Part shown: positions 9,691-20,243 of the stretch, one piece after another
Numbering within the stretch: the stretch's first letter is position 1
Layout of the letters: each line of letters starts with the position of its first letter
Assembly (NCBI GenBank): GCA_963760795.1
Contig: CAVXEP010000029.1
Location: forward strand, 128,001-192,000
Origin: an uncultured delta proteobacterium
Lineage (GTDB): Bacteria; Desulfobacterota; Binatia; UBA9968
Length of the DNA stretch: 64,000 nt
Direction: 5' to 3'
Made by a program: the position numbers and the translations under genes
The notes under the pieces: model-generated
Databases searched by the model: none
Told to the model about the DNA's origin: nothing
What the model saw: only the letters and a program-made list of their open reading frames with translations

Positions 9691-11328
9691 TCAGCTGCTG
9701 GCTTTTTCGCCGCGCCGGCCGAACATGTCCTCGGTGATGGGCTTTTGCCGCTTGGCCATTTCTTCGCCGATCTCGAGATACTGTCCGTTGACGATCATAT
9801 TGGCGAAGCGCTGCATCTCTTCGCTCCAGTAGCCTAGCTCGTAGCCATGCCAGGGCGGACGCAATTCCGGCTCGGGCAAATCTTTCTGTTGGCGCCACAG
9901 CTCAATGGCTCTATTCATAAATTGTTTGCGTGGCAAGGCTAGGGGCGGGTAGGGATACTTGCGGGTGGCGTTGACGATCAACCGGCTGTACTGATCGCGG
10001 GCGCCCGACGATTCCATTTTCCCCTGGCCTGAACCAGTGACCGCGGCAGATGGATCCAAACCGCCCAGGCCGCCGCTGACGATTTTTAAATCCTCTTTCG
10101 GTTTGGTACGAAAACTCATCGCCCAGATGATCAGTTCTGGATCGTTGAGCGGAATATCGTTATCGACGATGACCATATACTTCGCCGGACCACTGGTTTC
10201 GAGCTCGGCGACGATTTTTTGCACCTCGCCTTGGCTCACACCGTCATTGACGCGAATCAAACAAAAGTCGCTGCCGCCGCCGAACTGGGGGAATTGCACT
10301 TCAACCACCGGCAAGCTCTTCTCATATTTTAAAATATGATAGAGCTGTGCCGCGTGGGTGAAGCCCCAGACAAGGTTGGTGTCGCTGGGCGGAAAGCCCA
10401 CGGTTACCGGGGTGAACCAGGCGCCCTTGCGATGGGTGATGGCGGTGACTTTGAAAACCGGCCGGACGTTATAATCGACGTTCAAATAACCTGGGTACTC
10501 GCCGAAGGGGAGACGCGGTTCCGCCGTCTCCGTCGACACGATGCCTTCAATGACAGCTTCGCAGTAGGCGGGGACTTCCAGCGGGACGGTCTTGCAGCGC
10601 ACCATTTCAAGCGGCGCCCCCGATAGTCCGCCGGCGATGGCCAATTCGTCGACACCATAAGGAATATCGGCGGAGCCGACCAACATGACTTCCGGTGTGC
10701 AGCCGATCAGGATGGCAAGGGGCATGCCTTCGTTGCGAAGGCGCGCCGCTTGCCAGTGGTAGCGCATGGCGTCATGCACCGAGCCGATGGCCGCGACCAT
10801 GCGGTCCTTGGCGCGGAAAAACGCATTGTAGGTTCCGACATTACGGATACCGGTCGCAGGATCACGAGTGATCATCGGCAGACCGGTGCGCAGAATGCCG
10901 CTGAAGCCGGGTTCTTCTACCGGCACTGGAAAAGCGTCGAGACCGATTTCTTGCAAGGTGTCGCCGGTATGGACTTCTTCGTGTACCGGTCCGTTTTCTA
11001 CGATGGTCGGCGCGATAGGATTGGCAAGGGCGTGATGCCACTTGTCGAGCAGCTGGACATAATTCTCGCAACCGAGAGCGATCGCCAGAATATCGGTTGA
11101 GGCGCCATAGATGCCCGAGAGCACGGACATGTCGTACCGACCGTGGGCACTGCCGACAACGTTTTCGAACAGTAGCGCTTTTCTTTTCGTTTCGGGCAAA
11201 CCGCGCATCTGCACGCGAAACAGCGCACCGATCTCAGTGTCTTTGTTAACTTGTTCTTTGAATCGGTAAAGCTTACCGACCGACTCGAGATGTTGAACTA
11301 ACGCTCTAAGATCGCGAAAATTGCCCAT
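9691..11328 (-). CDS. UbiD-family (prFMN) decarboxylase with atypical active site
   Basis: FRDLR, ALLFENV, CKTVPLEVPA, PFGEYPGY, VTAITHR and LDPS motifs. Confidence 0.9.
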   Translation of the reverse strand: MGNFRDLRALVQHLESVGKLYRFKEQVNKDTEIGALFRVQMRGLPETKRKALLFENVVGSAHGRYDMSVLSGIYGASTDILAIALGCENYVQLLDKWHHALANPIAPTIVENGPVHEEVHTGDTLQEIGLDAFPVPVEEPGFSGILRTGLPMITRDPATGIRNVGTYNAFFRAKDRMVAAIGSVHDAMRYHWQAARLRNEGMPLAILIGCTPEVMLVGSADIPYGVDELAIAGGLSGAPLEMVRCKTVPLEVPAYCEAVIEGIVSTETAEPRLPFGEYPGYLNVDYNVRPVFKVTAITHRKGAWFTPVTVGFPPSDTNLVWGFTHAAQLYHILKYEKSLPVVEVQFPQFGGGSDFCLIRVNDGVSQGEVQKIVAELETSGPAKYMVIVDNDIPLNDPELIIWAMSFRTKPKEDLKIVSGGLGGLDPSAAVTGSGQGKMESSGARDQYSRLIVNATRKYPYPPLALPRKQFMNRAIELWRQQKDLPEPELRPPWHGYELGYWSEEMQRFANMIVNGQYLEIGEEMAKRQKPITEDMFGRRGEKASS

Positions 11329-11347
11329 AATACTCCTCGAATTAAAT

Positions 11348-12511
11348 TTACTTCGCTTCTTCTTTTGAACCTTTGCCCAATATGCTTTGCACCAGCTTCA
11401 CATAGCCGTCTCTTTGCATCCATTCCTCGCGGCTATCCAAGTCCATGTAGTCAACGCCGTCGCGCCGCCGGTTATCGGCGGGAATATCGTCTTTGGGAAA
11501 GTCGATGCGCAGCGAATCCGGCGGCTCTTCTTGACCGCCGCTAAGCGCTTTTTGCAGCGTCAATTGACCTTCTCGTGATAACAACCAGTTGATAAATACC
11601 TTGGCTGCGCTTGGGTGCGGCGGTGACTTCGGCAGCACGAGGGCGCCGTAGCCGGAGACCAGACCGGCGCCTTCTTTCATGGGCCCAAAAGTATCCACCG
11701 GAAGTCCCTGACTTGCGGCCTTATAAACATCCGACGCGCAAAAAAAACAAATCGCATATTTCCCATTGGCCAACCAATCGACACCGACACGCCCGTCGCG
11801 AAACAACGTAATATCCATCTGGCCGAACAGACGTTTGATAAATTCCTGGCCGATGTGTGGACTGTTATAAAAAAAGCGCATGGCGCCATTGCCGGGCCCA
11901 GGTCGGGTTACGTCACGCGCAGCGATTTTCCCCTTCCATTTCGGATTGACGAAATCCCAAATGGATTTGAAATCCTCTTCTTTTGCCAGCTTGGTGTTGT
12001 AGGAAATCGAGCCGTACTGAGGATTGCCGGAGAATTTGAATATGAATTGATTGTCCGGATCGGCGTAGAGATGTTTTCCGCGCCACCATTTCGCTTCGTC
12101 GACCACGTCCGGAAGAATCAGGACCGCCTTCACCGGATCCAACATTTTCGCCTGTAACAGTTCGCGGCTGACATTGACGCCAATCACGACTACGTCCGCC
12201 GAAAACTTGTTGGCGCGTCGTTCGGCCATGATCTTTTGCGACAAGTCTGGCACGCTGCCAGTCACCAGCGACAAGCGTATATTGGGAAACGTCTTCTGGA
12301 ACACATTGGCGGTTTGGATGGCGTTGCCCCAGGTGGCGTACATGTAGACGTTGACCTGGCCTTCTTTGTAAGCGGCTTCGACGGTGCGGCTCCACTCTGT
12401 GGGCACGGATGGCGCCGAGGCAGCGAATGTCGATGAAGGTTCGCGTAAACCGCTCATGACTAACGTCAGTAATGCCGCCGTCAAATATTTGCTGCGTCGA
12501 TCACCACGCAT
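11348..12511 (-). CDS. ABC solute-binding protein (close paralog of 8536-9678)
   Basis: Start reassigned to 12511 (GAGGA RBS, then signal peptide); shares PQYGSI, PGPGNGAMRFFY and DWLANGKxAICFFC. Confidence 0.88.
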   Translation of the reverse strand: MRGDRRSKYLTAALLTLVMSGLREPSSTFAASAPSVPTEWSRTVEAAYKEGQVNVYMYATWGNAIQTANVFQKTFPNIRLSLVTGSVPDLSQKIMAERRANKFSADVVVIGVNVSRELLQAKMLDPVKAVLILPDVVDEAKWWRGKHLYADPDNQFIFKFSGNPQYGSISYNTKLAKEEDFKSIWDFVNPKWKGKIAARDVTRPGPGNGAMRFFYNSPHIGQEFIKRLFGQMDITLFRDGRVGVDWLANGKYAICFFCASDVYKAASQGLPVDTFGPMKEGAGLVSGYGALVLPKSPPHPSAAKVFINWLLSREGQLTLQKALSGGQEEPPDSLRIDFPKDDIPADNRRRDGVDYMDLDSREEWMQRDGYVKLVQSILGKGSKEEAK

Positions 12512-12641
12512 AGAATCCTCGATTATCGTCGCTGTAAAAACCTTACGGTTTAGAACTTTTGCCATGATGGCAGCTCTGTGACAAATAACGATCGTGATCA
12601 TTCAACCGGGTAGGGGCGGAATATTTTTCGACCCTATTCAA

Positions 12642-13625
12642 TCATAAATAGCCGGAGTCGCGATAATAGGCGTCGGCGCCGGGATGAAGCGGGATCAGGC
12701 AATCGCGGCACATCGCTTCCGGGCGGATCTCGGCGGCCAGCGAGGCATGCTTGCCGCCGCCATACTTTTTCTCGATTACCTGACGCGTGTCAACGGCGGC
12801 CCGCGTAATTTGATAGGCGATCTCATCGGGTAACTCTGCGCTGCTGAAAAGCAGCCAGCCGCCAAAACCGACTGTGCGTATTTCACGGGTTAAGCTCGGA
12901 AAGCGCTCGGTGCCAAGGACGACTTTACCCAAGCCGAGCTTTTGGTCGAGGCGACCGATGATCTCCTCGTTGACGGATAGAAAGTCCACCTCGGTCTTGG
13001 CGATCAACTGATCCCACATCGGCATCATCTGCGCTTCATTGAACACCGCTTCAACCTTGCCGTCCATCATCAGCGGTAAGCCTTCAGTGGTTTTGCCGGA
13101 GAAAGTAACGTCGCCGCCCCACTGTTGGAGCATCTCAAGGCTGCCGCCATATTCCTTGAGCACAGAATCGACGACGAAGGAAACCAGGTCCAACTGATCG
13201 TGGTTCTTTCGTCCAGTGGCAACTTTCAACGGATAGCGGCGTTCGACCAAGTCGTCGAGGGATGCTATGCCCGTCGCCTTGGATACGGCGAACAGCACGC
13301 AATCATGATGCGGATAGCTGGCGATGGCGCGCAAGTTTGGATGCGCCGTCTTGAATGGTCCCGTACCGTTCATCGCTAGCCACGCGGTCGCGGTGGGCGT
13401 GGTGATGCCGAAATCGAATTCTCCGTTGGCGACGGCAACGGGGTTGCCCAACGCTCCCAAGCCAAAACGCGGTGTAAACACGCCGACCGAATAACCGCGC
13501 AGCGGGCCTTTGCCATAACTACTGAGCACCCGGGCGATCTCGGTGGCGATGACCCACCAGGGATGATTCGCCTGCTGGGTGACGAAGGTGACGGATTTGT
13601 TTTCGCGGCCAGTATCCATGGGCAT
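12642..13625 (-). CDS. TAXI-family TRAP solute-binding subunit
   Basis: LRAIA, GIASLDDL, LPDEIAYQIT and C-terminal IPLHPGADAYY signature. Confidence 0.85.
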   Translation of the reverse strand: MPMDTGRENKSVTFVTQQANHPWWVIATEIARVLSSYGKGPLRGYSVGVFTPRFGLGALGNPVAVANGEFDFGITTPTATAWLAMNGTGPFKTAHPNLRAIASYPHHDCVLFAVSKATGIASLDDLVERRYPLKVATGRKNHDQLDLVSFVVDSVLKEYGGSLEMLQQWGGDVTFSGKTTEGLPLMMDGKVEAVFNEAQMMPMWDQLIAKTEVDFLSVNEEIIGRLDQKLGLGKVVLGTERFPSLTREIRTVGFGGWLLFSSAELPDEIAYQITRAAVDTRQVIEKKYGGGKHASLAAEIRPEAMCRDCLIPLHPGADAYYRDSGYL

Positions 13626-13639
13626 GGCTTTTTTCTCCG

Positions 13640-14623
13640 CTACTGGCTGGCCACCGCCAACAGCGCGCGCTTGGCCAGGGTTTTGGCCAAGTCGACTTTG
13701 TACTGATTCATCTTCAATGGTCGGGCATCGGCGAGGGCGATTTCACTTGCCCGGCCGGCCGAAGCCTCGTCTATCTTCTTGCCGTGCAGAAAATTCTCGG
13801 CCTCGACGCTGCGAAACGGATGAGTGGCGACGCCGCCGAAGACCAATCGCACGCCGTCGGCCTGCGCCGGTCTTTCCTCGGCGACGGCCGCCACGCTGGC
13901 CATGGCGAAATCCCATGACTTGCGATAGGCGAACTTAATATAGGTGCTGCGCACCGGGCGATAGGGAACTTCGATCTCGCTGATGATTTCATCATGCTGC
14001 AAGATGTGACACTGCAACCGGCTACCGATCCAAACATGCCCCGGGAAAAAATCTTCCGCGGCAACGGTGCGCGCGCCGCGAGATGACGCGATGTGGATTA
14101 TTGCATCCAACGCCACCAGCGCCGGCGCCAAGTCGGACGGATGATTCGCCAGACAAAGATGGCCGCCCATGACGCTGCCATATATGCTGCTGTCGCCGCC
14201 GGCGAGATCACAAAATTTTCCACCAGATTTCCAGCAGGAAAATCCATCTTGTAAATACCAACACCAAACATCCTGGCAAAGATTGCCGCCGATGGTGCCG
14301 AAGTTGCGGATCTGCGGCGAAGCGACGACATGGGCCGCTTGGGCCAACGCATGGTAACTCGCTTGAACATCGGCTGACGCGGCGATCTGGGTTAGCGTGG
14401 CGAGGGAGCCGATTCGCAAGCCAAGGTTTTTCTCATGACGAATCTGGTTTAAACCGCGAATGGTTTTCAAATTGACCAGGACTGTGGGCGTGACAATATA
14501 CTTTTTCATACGAAAGAGAATGTCCTGGCCGCCGGCGATGACGCGGGCGGCTTCGCCATGTTGTCCGAGTAATGCGACCGCTTGCTCCAGCGAAGTCGCA
14601 TTGTAATGTTCGAAATCCTTCAA
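13640..14623 (-). CDS. xanthine dehydrogenase-family FAD subunit with Cys-rich insertion (PaoB/HcrB-like)
   Basis: IAGGQD, ASPQIRNFGTIGGNLCQDVWCWY...CWKSGGKFC...CLANHPSD and RKSWDFA; TTG start overlaps the upstream stop. Confidence 0.92.
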   Translation of the reverse strand: MKDFEHYNATSLEQAVALLGQHGEAARVIAGGQDILFRMKKYIVTPTVLVNLKTIRGLNQIRHEKNLGLRIGSLATLTQIAASADVQASYHALAQAAHVVASPQIRNFGTIGGNLCQDVWCWYLQDGFSCWKSGGKFCDLAGGDSSIYGSVMGGHLCLANHPSDLAPALVALDAIIHIASSRGARTVAAEDFFPGHVWIGSRLQCHILQHDEIISEIEVPYRPVRSTYIKFAYRKSWDFAMASVAAVAEERPAQADGVRLVFGGVATHPFRSVEAENFLHGKKIDEASAGRASEIALADARPLKMNQYKVDLAKTLAKRALLAVASQ

Positions 14624-16959
14624 TGTCCGCCTCCGTTGACCGCCGCCAGTGCTTTAAGCACGCGGTCCGGACTCATCGGTAGTTCGTAAAGCCGCGCCCC
14701 CGTGGCATTGTAAATCGCGTTGGCGATGGCCGGTGCGACGCCGACATAGGGGATTTCCGAGCAGCCCTTGGCGCCAAACGGGTGGGTCGGTTCGCCCAAC
14801 TCAACCATGATCAGTTCGATATCCGGAATATCCAGAATGCCCGGTGTCTTAAGATCGAGGAACCATTGATTGAGCGGCGTGCCGGTGCGCGCGTCGAAGC
14901 GGAATCCTTCGCTCATGGCATAACCGAGCCCCTGGGAGACGCCGCCACGAATTTGCCCTTCGACGATTAACGGATTGATGGCGCGGCCGACATCGTGGGA
15001 GGAAATGAAACGGCAGATTTTTACTTCACCGGTGCCGGTATCGACCTCGACTTCGGCAAAAGCCGCGGCGAAACCGTAGGCGAACAGAAGTTCATCCTTC
15101 GAGTTGTAACGGTAACTCGCTTTCAACACACCGCCGTTGGCCGCGGCGATCTCGCTGAAGCTAACTTTGCGCGCGGGTAGCCCGGCAACGGCGATGCAGC
15201 GATCGGTTACCACGAGTTGCTCCAGCGGCGCTTCGAGTTTTTCCGCGGCGTGGGCCAGAAGCTGTTGCTTCATCGCTTCAGCAGCCCGAGTGGCGGCAAT
15301 GCCGGCGCAATAAACTGTGCGGCTCGAGTAGGGACCGGAGTCGAAGGGACAGTTGCCGGTGTCGGCGTTGTCACCGCCGATGACGTTGAGCGGCAGCTGC
15401 AAAACCTCGGCGACCATCTGCCGCAGTGTCGTCTGCTGCTCGGCGCCTTGGTCCGGTGTGCCGGAAAAAAGTGAAATCGCGCCGCCGCCATCGACCTCAA
15501 CGCGCGCTTCCGAAGATCCCGATGGATTGCTGCCGCAGCTGTGGATGACCATCGCCATGCCGATGCCGCGCTTGAGCGCCGCGCCGTTGGTATTGGGCGC
15601 TTTCACGCGGCGTGACCAGTCGATCTTGGCCGCGCCTTGGCGCGCGGCTTCTTCGACGCCGACTGAAGACATGACTTTGCCGATGACCGAACACAGCGGA
15701 TCGCCTTCGTAAATGCGATTTTTTAGGCGAAATTCCAGCGGGTCCATATCGATGCCATGGGCAAGCTCATCCATCACCGTCTCCACGGCGAAATGACTCT
15801 CGGCATCGGCGCGGCCGCGATAGGGGCCGGTGGATGGATGATTGGTGCGCACGGTGAATACTTCCCACAGCACATTGGGAATCTTGCGGTAGAGATCCAT
15901 CGGCCGGGTGCAGATGGACTTGGCGATGTTTTCGCCCAGTCCGCCGAACATCCAGAAGCCGTTGTCCATGAACGTGCGCGCTTTGAAAGCGGTCATGCGG
16001 CCATCTTTTTTGGCGCCGGCTTTGACGTAGTGAACCAGTGCCGAGCGGTTGTGTGAGTCGAGGCTCTCTTCTTCGCGGGTGAACCAGACCTTGACCGGTC
16101 GTTTAGTTTCCCGCGCCATGAGCGCGGCGAGGACGGCAAAACGGCCGAGCACTTTTACGCCGAAACCGCCGCCAATTATGCTGGATATTATCCGCACCGA
16201 TTCCTTGGGCAAATCGAGAACCTTGGCGACCGCGCTTTGAACTTTGAACGGATCTTGAACCGAGCACCACAGGGTGCATTGACCGTTCTCGTAGAGGGCG
16301 ACGCAACCCCGCGGTTCATGGGGCACGCCGCTAACATGGGCCTGGTGAAACACTCGCTCGACAATCGTCTCGGCGTTGGCGAAGCCTTCGTCAAGATCGC
16401 CGCGCTGATTGACCCAGGTGGGGATTTCATTGGTGCCGCCCATGACGTTGGTGTGGCTGTCGTTGTCTTTGCTCGCTTTGCCGGGGGCGGCATCTTTCCA
16501 CCAATCAGCGCCGGAGTTGGGTAAATGCAAGGTCGACATCGGCGAATCGTCGCGCACCGCGGCTTCAGTATCGAAGACCGCGGGCAGGACTTCGTAGGTG
16601 ACGCGAATCGCTCGAGCCGCTTCCTCGGCGATGTTCCAATCCTCGGCGACCACTGCGGCGACGGAATCGCCGACGAATGAAACTTCTTCATCCAGCGGGT
16701 AGAGTTCGTCTTTGTAGGGACCAAAAAGTGTCCGTGGCACATCTTTGTGGGTCATGATTTTCACCACGCCCCACATTTTTTCCGCTGCTGAGGTATCGAT
16801 TCTTAAGATCCTTGCATGGGCGTGCGGGCTGCGGGTGAATTTCATCCATAGCATCCTCGGCAACGTAATGTCAGCGGGAAATTTCACCGAGCCGTCGGAT
16901 TTTTTGGCGGCGTAGACCGGCGCGAAGTTTTGTCCGACTACCGACAGATCTTCTTTCAT
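14620..16959 (-). CDS. xanthine dehydrogenase-family molybdopterin-binding large subunit
   Basis: RSPHAHARI, GGGFG, GPYRG, DVGRAINP..VEGQ and GAKGCSE motifs; start at 16959 by ATGA overlap. Confidence 0.93.
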   Translation of the reverse strand: MKEDLSVVGQNFAPVYAAKKSDGSVKFPADITLPRMLWMKFTRSPHAHARILRIDTSAAEKMWGVVKIMTHKDVPRTLFGPYKDELYPLDEEVSFVGDSVAAVVAEDWNIAEEAARAIRVTYEVLPAVFDTEAAVRDDSPMSTLHLPNSGADWWKDAAPGKASKDNDSHTNVMGGTNEIPTWVNQRGDLDEGFANAETIVERVFHQAHVSGVPHEPRGCVALYENGQCTLWCSVQDPFKVQSAVAKVLDLPKESVRIISSIIGGGFGVKVLGRFAVLAALMARETKRPVKVWFTREEESLDSHNRSALVHYVKAGAKKDGRMTAFKARTFMDNGFWMFGGLGENIAKSICTRPMDLYRKIPNVLWEVFTVRTNHPSTGPYRGRADAESHFAVETVMDELAHGIDMDPLEFRLKNRIYEGDPLCSVIGKVMSSVGVEEAARQGAAKIDWSRRVKAPNTNGAALKRGIGMAMVIHSCGSNPSGSSEARVEVDGGGAISLFSGTPDQGAEQQTTLRQMVAEVLQLPLNVIGGDNADTGNCPFDSGPYSSRTVYCAGIAATRAAEAMKQQLLAHAAEKLEAPLEQLVVTDRCIAVAGLPARKVSFSEIAAANGGVLKASYRYNSKDELLFAYGFAAAFAEVEVDTGTGEVKICRFISSHDVGRAINPLIVEGQIRGGVSQGLGYAMSEGFRFDARTGTPLNQWFLDLKTPGILDIPDIELIMVELGEPTHPFGAKGCSEIPYVGVAPAIANAIYNATGARLYELPMSPDRVLKALAAVNGGGH

Positions 16960-17477
16960 CGGTGACCTCCGCGGAGCTCCACGGCCGCTTGTTGAACCGC
17001 TTGAACCACCGAGGTGTATCCTGTGCAGCGACAAAGCACGCCCGCGAGGGCGATTTTAATTTCTTCGTCGGTCGGAACGGGATTATGGTCCAACAACCCC
17101 TTCGCCGCCATGATCATGCCCGGCGTGCACCAGCCGCATTGCGCGGCGTAGAGCATGGCGAAATGCTTTTGTAGCGGATGGGGCTCGCCTTCGGTGGCCA
17201 GTGCCTCGATGGTCTGGATCGCTTTGCCCTCGGTTTCGACGGCGAGGGTTAGACATGAGTAAGCATCGACACCGTCGATGAGCACCGTGCACGAACCGCA
17301 GCCGCCGTAATCGCAAGCTCGCTTGGTTCCGGTCATATCCAAGACGTTGCGCAGCACATCGTTTAAAGTCCAGGTAGTCGAGACGTTGACGCGGTGAGAT
17401 TTACCGTTAACGGTTAACTCGATGTCGCGAAAATGGCGGGGATCTGCGGATTTCGTTTCCTCGCTCGGTTCTGGCAC
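16956..17477 (-). CDS. xanthine dehydrogenase-family 2x[2Fe-2S] small subunit
   Basis: GTKRACDYGGCGSCTV, QCGWCTPG and LCRCTGY motifs. Confidence 0.95.
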   Translation of the reverse strand: MPEPSEETKSADPRHFRDIELTVNGKSHRVNVSTTWTLNDVLRNVLDMTGTKRACDYGGCGSCTVLIDGVDAYSCLTLAVETEGKAIQTIEALATEGEPHPLQKHFAMLYAAQCGWCTPGMIMAAKGLLDHNPVPTDEEIKIALAGVLCRCTGYTSVVQAVQQAAVELRGGHR

Positions 17478-17479
17478 GG

Positions 17480-18352
17480 TTAATTCCCCTTTAAAAAGTC
17501 AAGGACAGTTTTATTGAACTTTTCTACTTCATCGTTTTGCACCTGATGACCTGATTTTTCAAACACGTGAAAGGCGCGCAAATTTGGCAGCAGGTCACGC
17601 AGTTCATAACCCAAGTCAATGGGCGCAAAGCGATCTTCTTTACCCCAGATCATGATGGTTGGAATGGTTAGTTCGGGCAGACGATGCTTCAAACTATATT
17701 GCTGGCGGAGATTGCCCTCCGTCTTTAACCGTTGGCGATATTTGTTATGGCTGCGTTGCGCTTCCAAGGCGCCCGGCAAAGTGGCAAGTTTAAGCCGCCC
17801 GTCGATCAGTTCGTCGGTGATGCCACTCTTATCACAAACCAGGCCATCGATGACCGCCCGCATGTTTTCGCGGGTTGGCTCTTCGGTGAAACGGCGCATC
17901 GCCTTTTGCCCCTCGCTGGGCGCCCGTTCGAGCTCCATGGCGCCGGCGATACTGCCGGATGCGACGAGGACCATTTTTTTCACCCGGTCCGGGTTGTCGA
18001 CCGCGTAGCGTGCCACGCCGTAGGCACCCATGGAATTGCCCATGAGATACACCTGATCTAAGCCAACGGCATCGATGAAATCGGCCAGATGATCGGCGAG
18101 CAATTGATCGGTGTGCGTGATCGCGGGCTTGTCGGTTAGCCCAAAGCCGATGCGATCGAGGGCAAAGACCTGAAAGTGTTGGGCCAATGCCGGAATATTG
18201 CGCCGCCAGCCATACTCGCCGCTCGCTCCCGGCCCGCCCCCATGAACCAAGACGATGGGTTCGCCCTCGCCCGCGACTATGAAACGAGTCTTGATTCCGT
18301 TGGCGCGCACATAAAGCGATTGCCAAGGTTTTGCCTGAGTTGTTTCTGCCAT
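17480..18352 (-). CDS. alpha/beta hydrolase, meta-cleavage product (MhpC/BphD/CarC-like) type
   Basis: HGGGPGAS, GNSMG nucleophile, WGKED and SGHQVQ motifs. Confidence 0.88.
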   Translation of the reverse strand: MAETTQAKPWQSLYVRANGIKTRFIVAGEGEPIVLVHGGGPGASGEYGWRRNIPALAQHFQVFALDRIGFGLTDKPAITHTDQLLADHLADFIDAVGLDQVYLMGNSMGAYGVARYAVDNPDRVKKMVLVASGSIAGAMELERAPSEGQKAMRRFTEEPTRENMRAVIDGLVCDKSGITDELIDGRLKLATLPGALEAQRSHNKYRQRLKTEGNLRQQYSLKHRLPELTIPTIMIWGKEDRFAPIDLGYELRDLLPNLRAFHVFEKSGHQVQNDEVEKFNKTVLDFLKGN

Positions 18353-18375
18353 GATCCCTCCTGATTTAATCGCTG

Positions 18376-20085
18376 TTAATGAACGCCCAATGTATAGCCC
18401 GATTTTCTCACCGCAACTGCCAAAAGAGTCCCTAGCCCGACAAGAATAGTGCCGACCACCGACGCGGCGGAGTAGTCCTCTGCCATCAAATATCCCAGCT
18501 GAAGCACCGAAAGCGGCTCGCTCTCACCGGTGGTTAGAAGCACGATACTGCCAACCTGGCGGCTCACCGAACCAAAGATCATGACCGCGACCACGGCTGC
18601 GGTGGGCAACATCAAAGGCACCAGGATATGGCGCAAGGTAAACCAGAAAGAGCCGCCATTGACGCGCCCCGCCTCTTCCAGGTCGGCGCCGAGCTGGAGA
18701 AACGAACTCTTGAGCATCTGCACGGAAAAAGTCATGACCGTTAATGCCAAGATGAGCACCAGAAATACGCGGCTGCCATAAAAGAATTGCGCCAGCGAAC
18801 TATGCAGCGAGAAAAACATGTAACCCAAGCTGAGCACGATGCCGGGGATCATGAACGGCAGCCAGGTGACCAGATCGAAGGCCCAGCGCAGCGCGTATTG
18901 CGTGCGGGCGATCACGTAAGCCAGCAGGCCGAAGGTGACAATCGCGACCGCCATGGTGGCGCCGCCGAGCGTGACCGTGTTCTTCAGCGCTTTGAGAAAG
19001 CCCGTGTCACCGAGCACCGTGCCCCAATGGCGCAGCGACCAGAGCCGCTCCAGCTCGAAATGGCCGAATAAATTCATCACGCTGCCGGTAACGAGGAAGG
19101 TCAGCGGGATGATCGTCGCCAGACTCGCGACGGCGAACACACCCACAGCGACGGGCCAACGCCACTTGCCGAGCTCGAAGAGCGTCGACTTGAAGCGGCC
19201 GGTAACGGTCGTGTAGCGGTTACGCTGGCTTACCCATTGCTGCAGGATCACGAGCGGCAGAATGATGACGAGAATGAACATGCTCAACGCCGTGGCGCCG
19301 CCATAGTTCATGGGCGTTTGATGGATCAACGAATAGATCTTGGTGCTGTAAACCGAAAAGCGAAACGGTGTGCCGAGCACCAACTCGATTTCGAATGATT
19401 CAAAAGAACGGATCAACGACATCAGCGATGCCACCAGGATCATCGGCGCGCTCGCTGGCACGACGATGCGAAATAGGGTCTTCAGCGCGCCGGCGCCCGA
19501 CATGCGCGCTGCTTCTTCGAGGCTCGCATCCATGTTGCGAAAAGCCGCGGCCATCATCATGACTTTGGTGGATATACTGAGAGAGGTCAGATGGGTAAAA
19601 ACAATGCCGCCGAGGGAATAAATACTCGCCGGCGCGTCGGTGAATAGGCCGGTGCGGATTAGAAGCTGATTGCCGAGTCCGAATTTCGGATCCCAAACCA
19701 AAATCCATCCTGAAGTGACGGCCAGAGTCGGGATGAAAAAAGTGATCCAGAAAAGCAGTTCAGCAAAGTGTGCACCGGGCATGTCGGTGCGCGCCACGAC
19801 CCAGGCGATCAAAATGGCAATCGGAATGGAAATAACTTGCACCAGAACGGTTACGACGACCGTGTTCAGCAGCGCCTTGGCGATGCCGGGCTCGTTAAAT
19901 GCCGCGAGCCAGGGCGCAAAGCTCACGCCGCCGCCGTCGCTTTGCAAACTCGACATGAGCAAAAGATAGATCGGCGAGAGAACCGATGACGCCAAAAGGA
20001 CCAGCAGCACGGTCAGGAGCAGGGAGCGCGGCTCGAACCAAAAAGACTCGCGCAGGCGATCCGGTGAGACTGTTGCGGAGGTCAT
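18376..20085 (-). CDS. ABC permease (FbpB-like, duplicated TM domain)
   Basis: Two EAA loops (LEEAARMSGA, LEEAGRVNGG); many hydrophobic segments. Confidence 0.92.
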   Translation of the reverse strand: MTSATVSPDRLRESFWFEPRSLLLTVLLVLLASSVLSPIYLLLMSSLQSDGGGVSFAPWLAAFNEPGIAKALLNTVVVTVLVQVISIPIAILIAWVVARTDMPGAHFAELLFWITFFIPTLAVTSGWILVWDPKFGLGNQLLIRTGLFTDAPASIYSLGGIVFTHLTSLSISTKVMMMAAAFRNMDASLEEAARMSGAGALKTLFRIVVPASAPMILVASLMSLIRSFESFEIELVLGTPFRFSVYSTKIYSLIHQTPMNYGGATALSMFILVIILPLVILQQWVSQRNRYTTVTGRFKSTLFELGKWRWPVAVGVFAVASLATIIPLTFLVTGSVMNLFGHFELERLWSLRHWGTVLGDTGFLKALKNTVTLGGATMAVAIVTFGLLAYVIARTQYALRWAFDLVTWLPFMIPGIVLSLGYMFFSLHSSLAQFFYGSRVFLVLILALTVMTFSVQMLKSSFLQLGADLEEAGRVNGGSFWFTLRHILVPLMLPTAAVVAVMIFGSVSRQVGSIVLLTTGESEPLSVLQLGYLMAEDYSAASVVGTILVGLGTLLAVAVRKSGYTLGVH

Positions 20086-20243
20086 CGGCAGTTCAAGGTT
20101 CTACGTCAGAACCGTGGCTCTGGAGCTTGGACGAATTCGCCGGGTTGCACCTCGATCGCCGCAGCGTTGTAAGCATTGCTCGCCGTATTAACAAGTGGGA
20201 CAAAGAATGTTTCCTTTCGTGGCTCGCCGGGCGTGGAATTTAA

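Noticed and set aside
13640-17477. Aerobic CO dehydrogenase (coxMSL)
   Set aside because: The large subunit lacks the AYxCSFR form I signature and has GPYRGRA instead.
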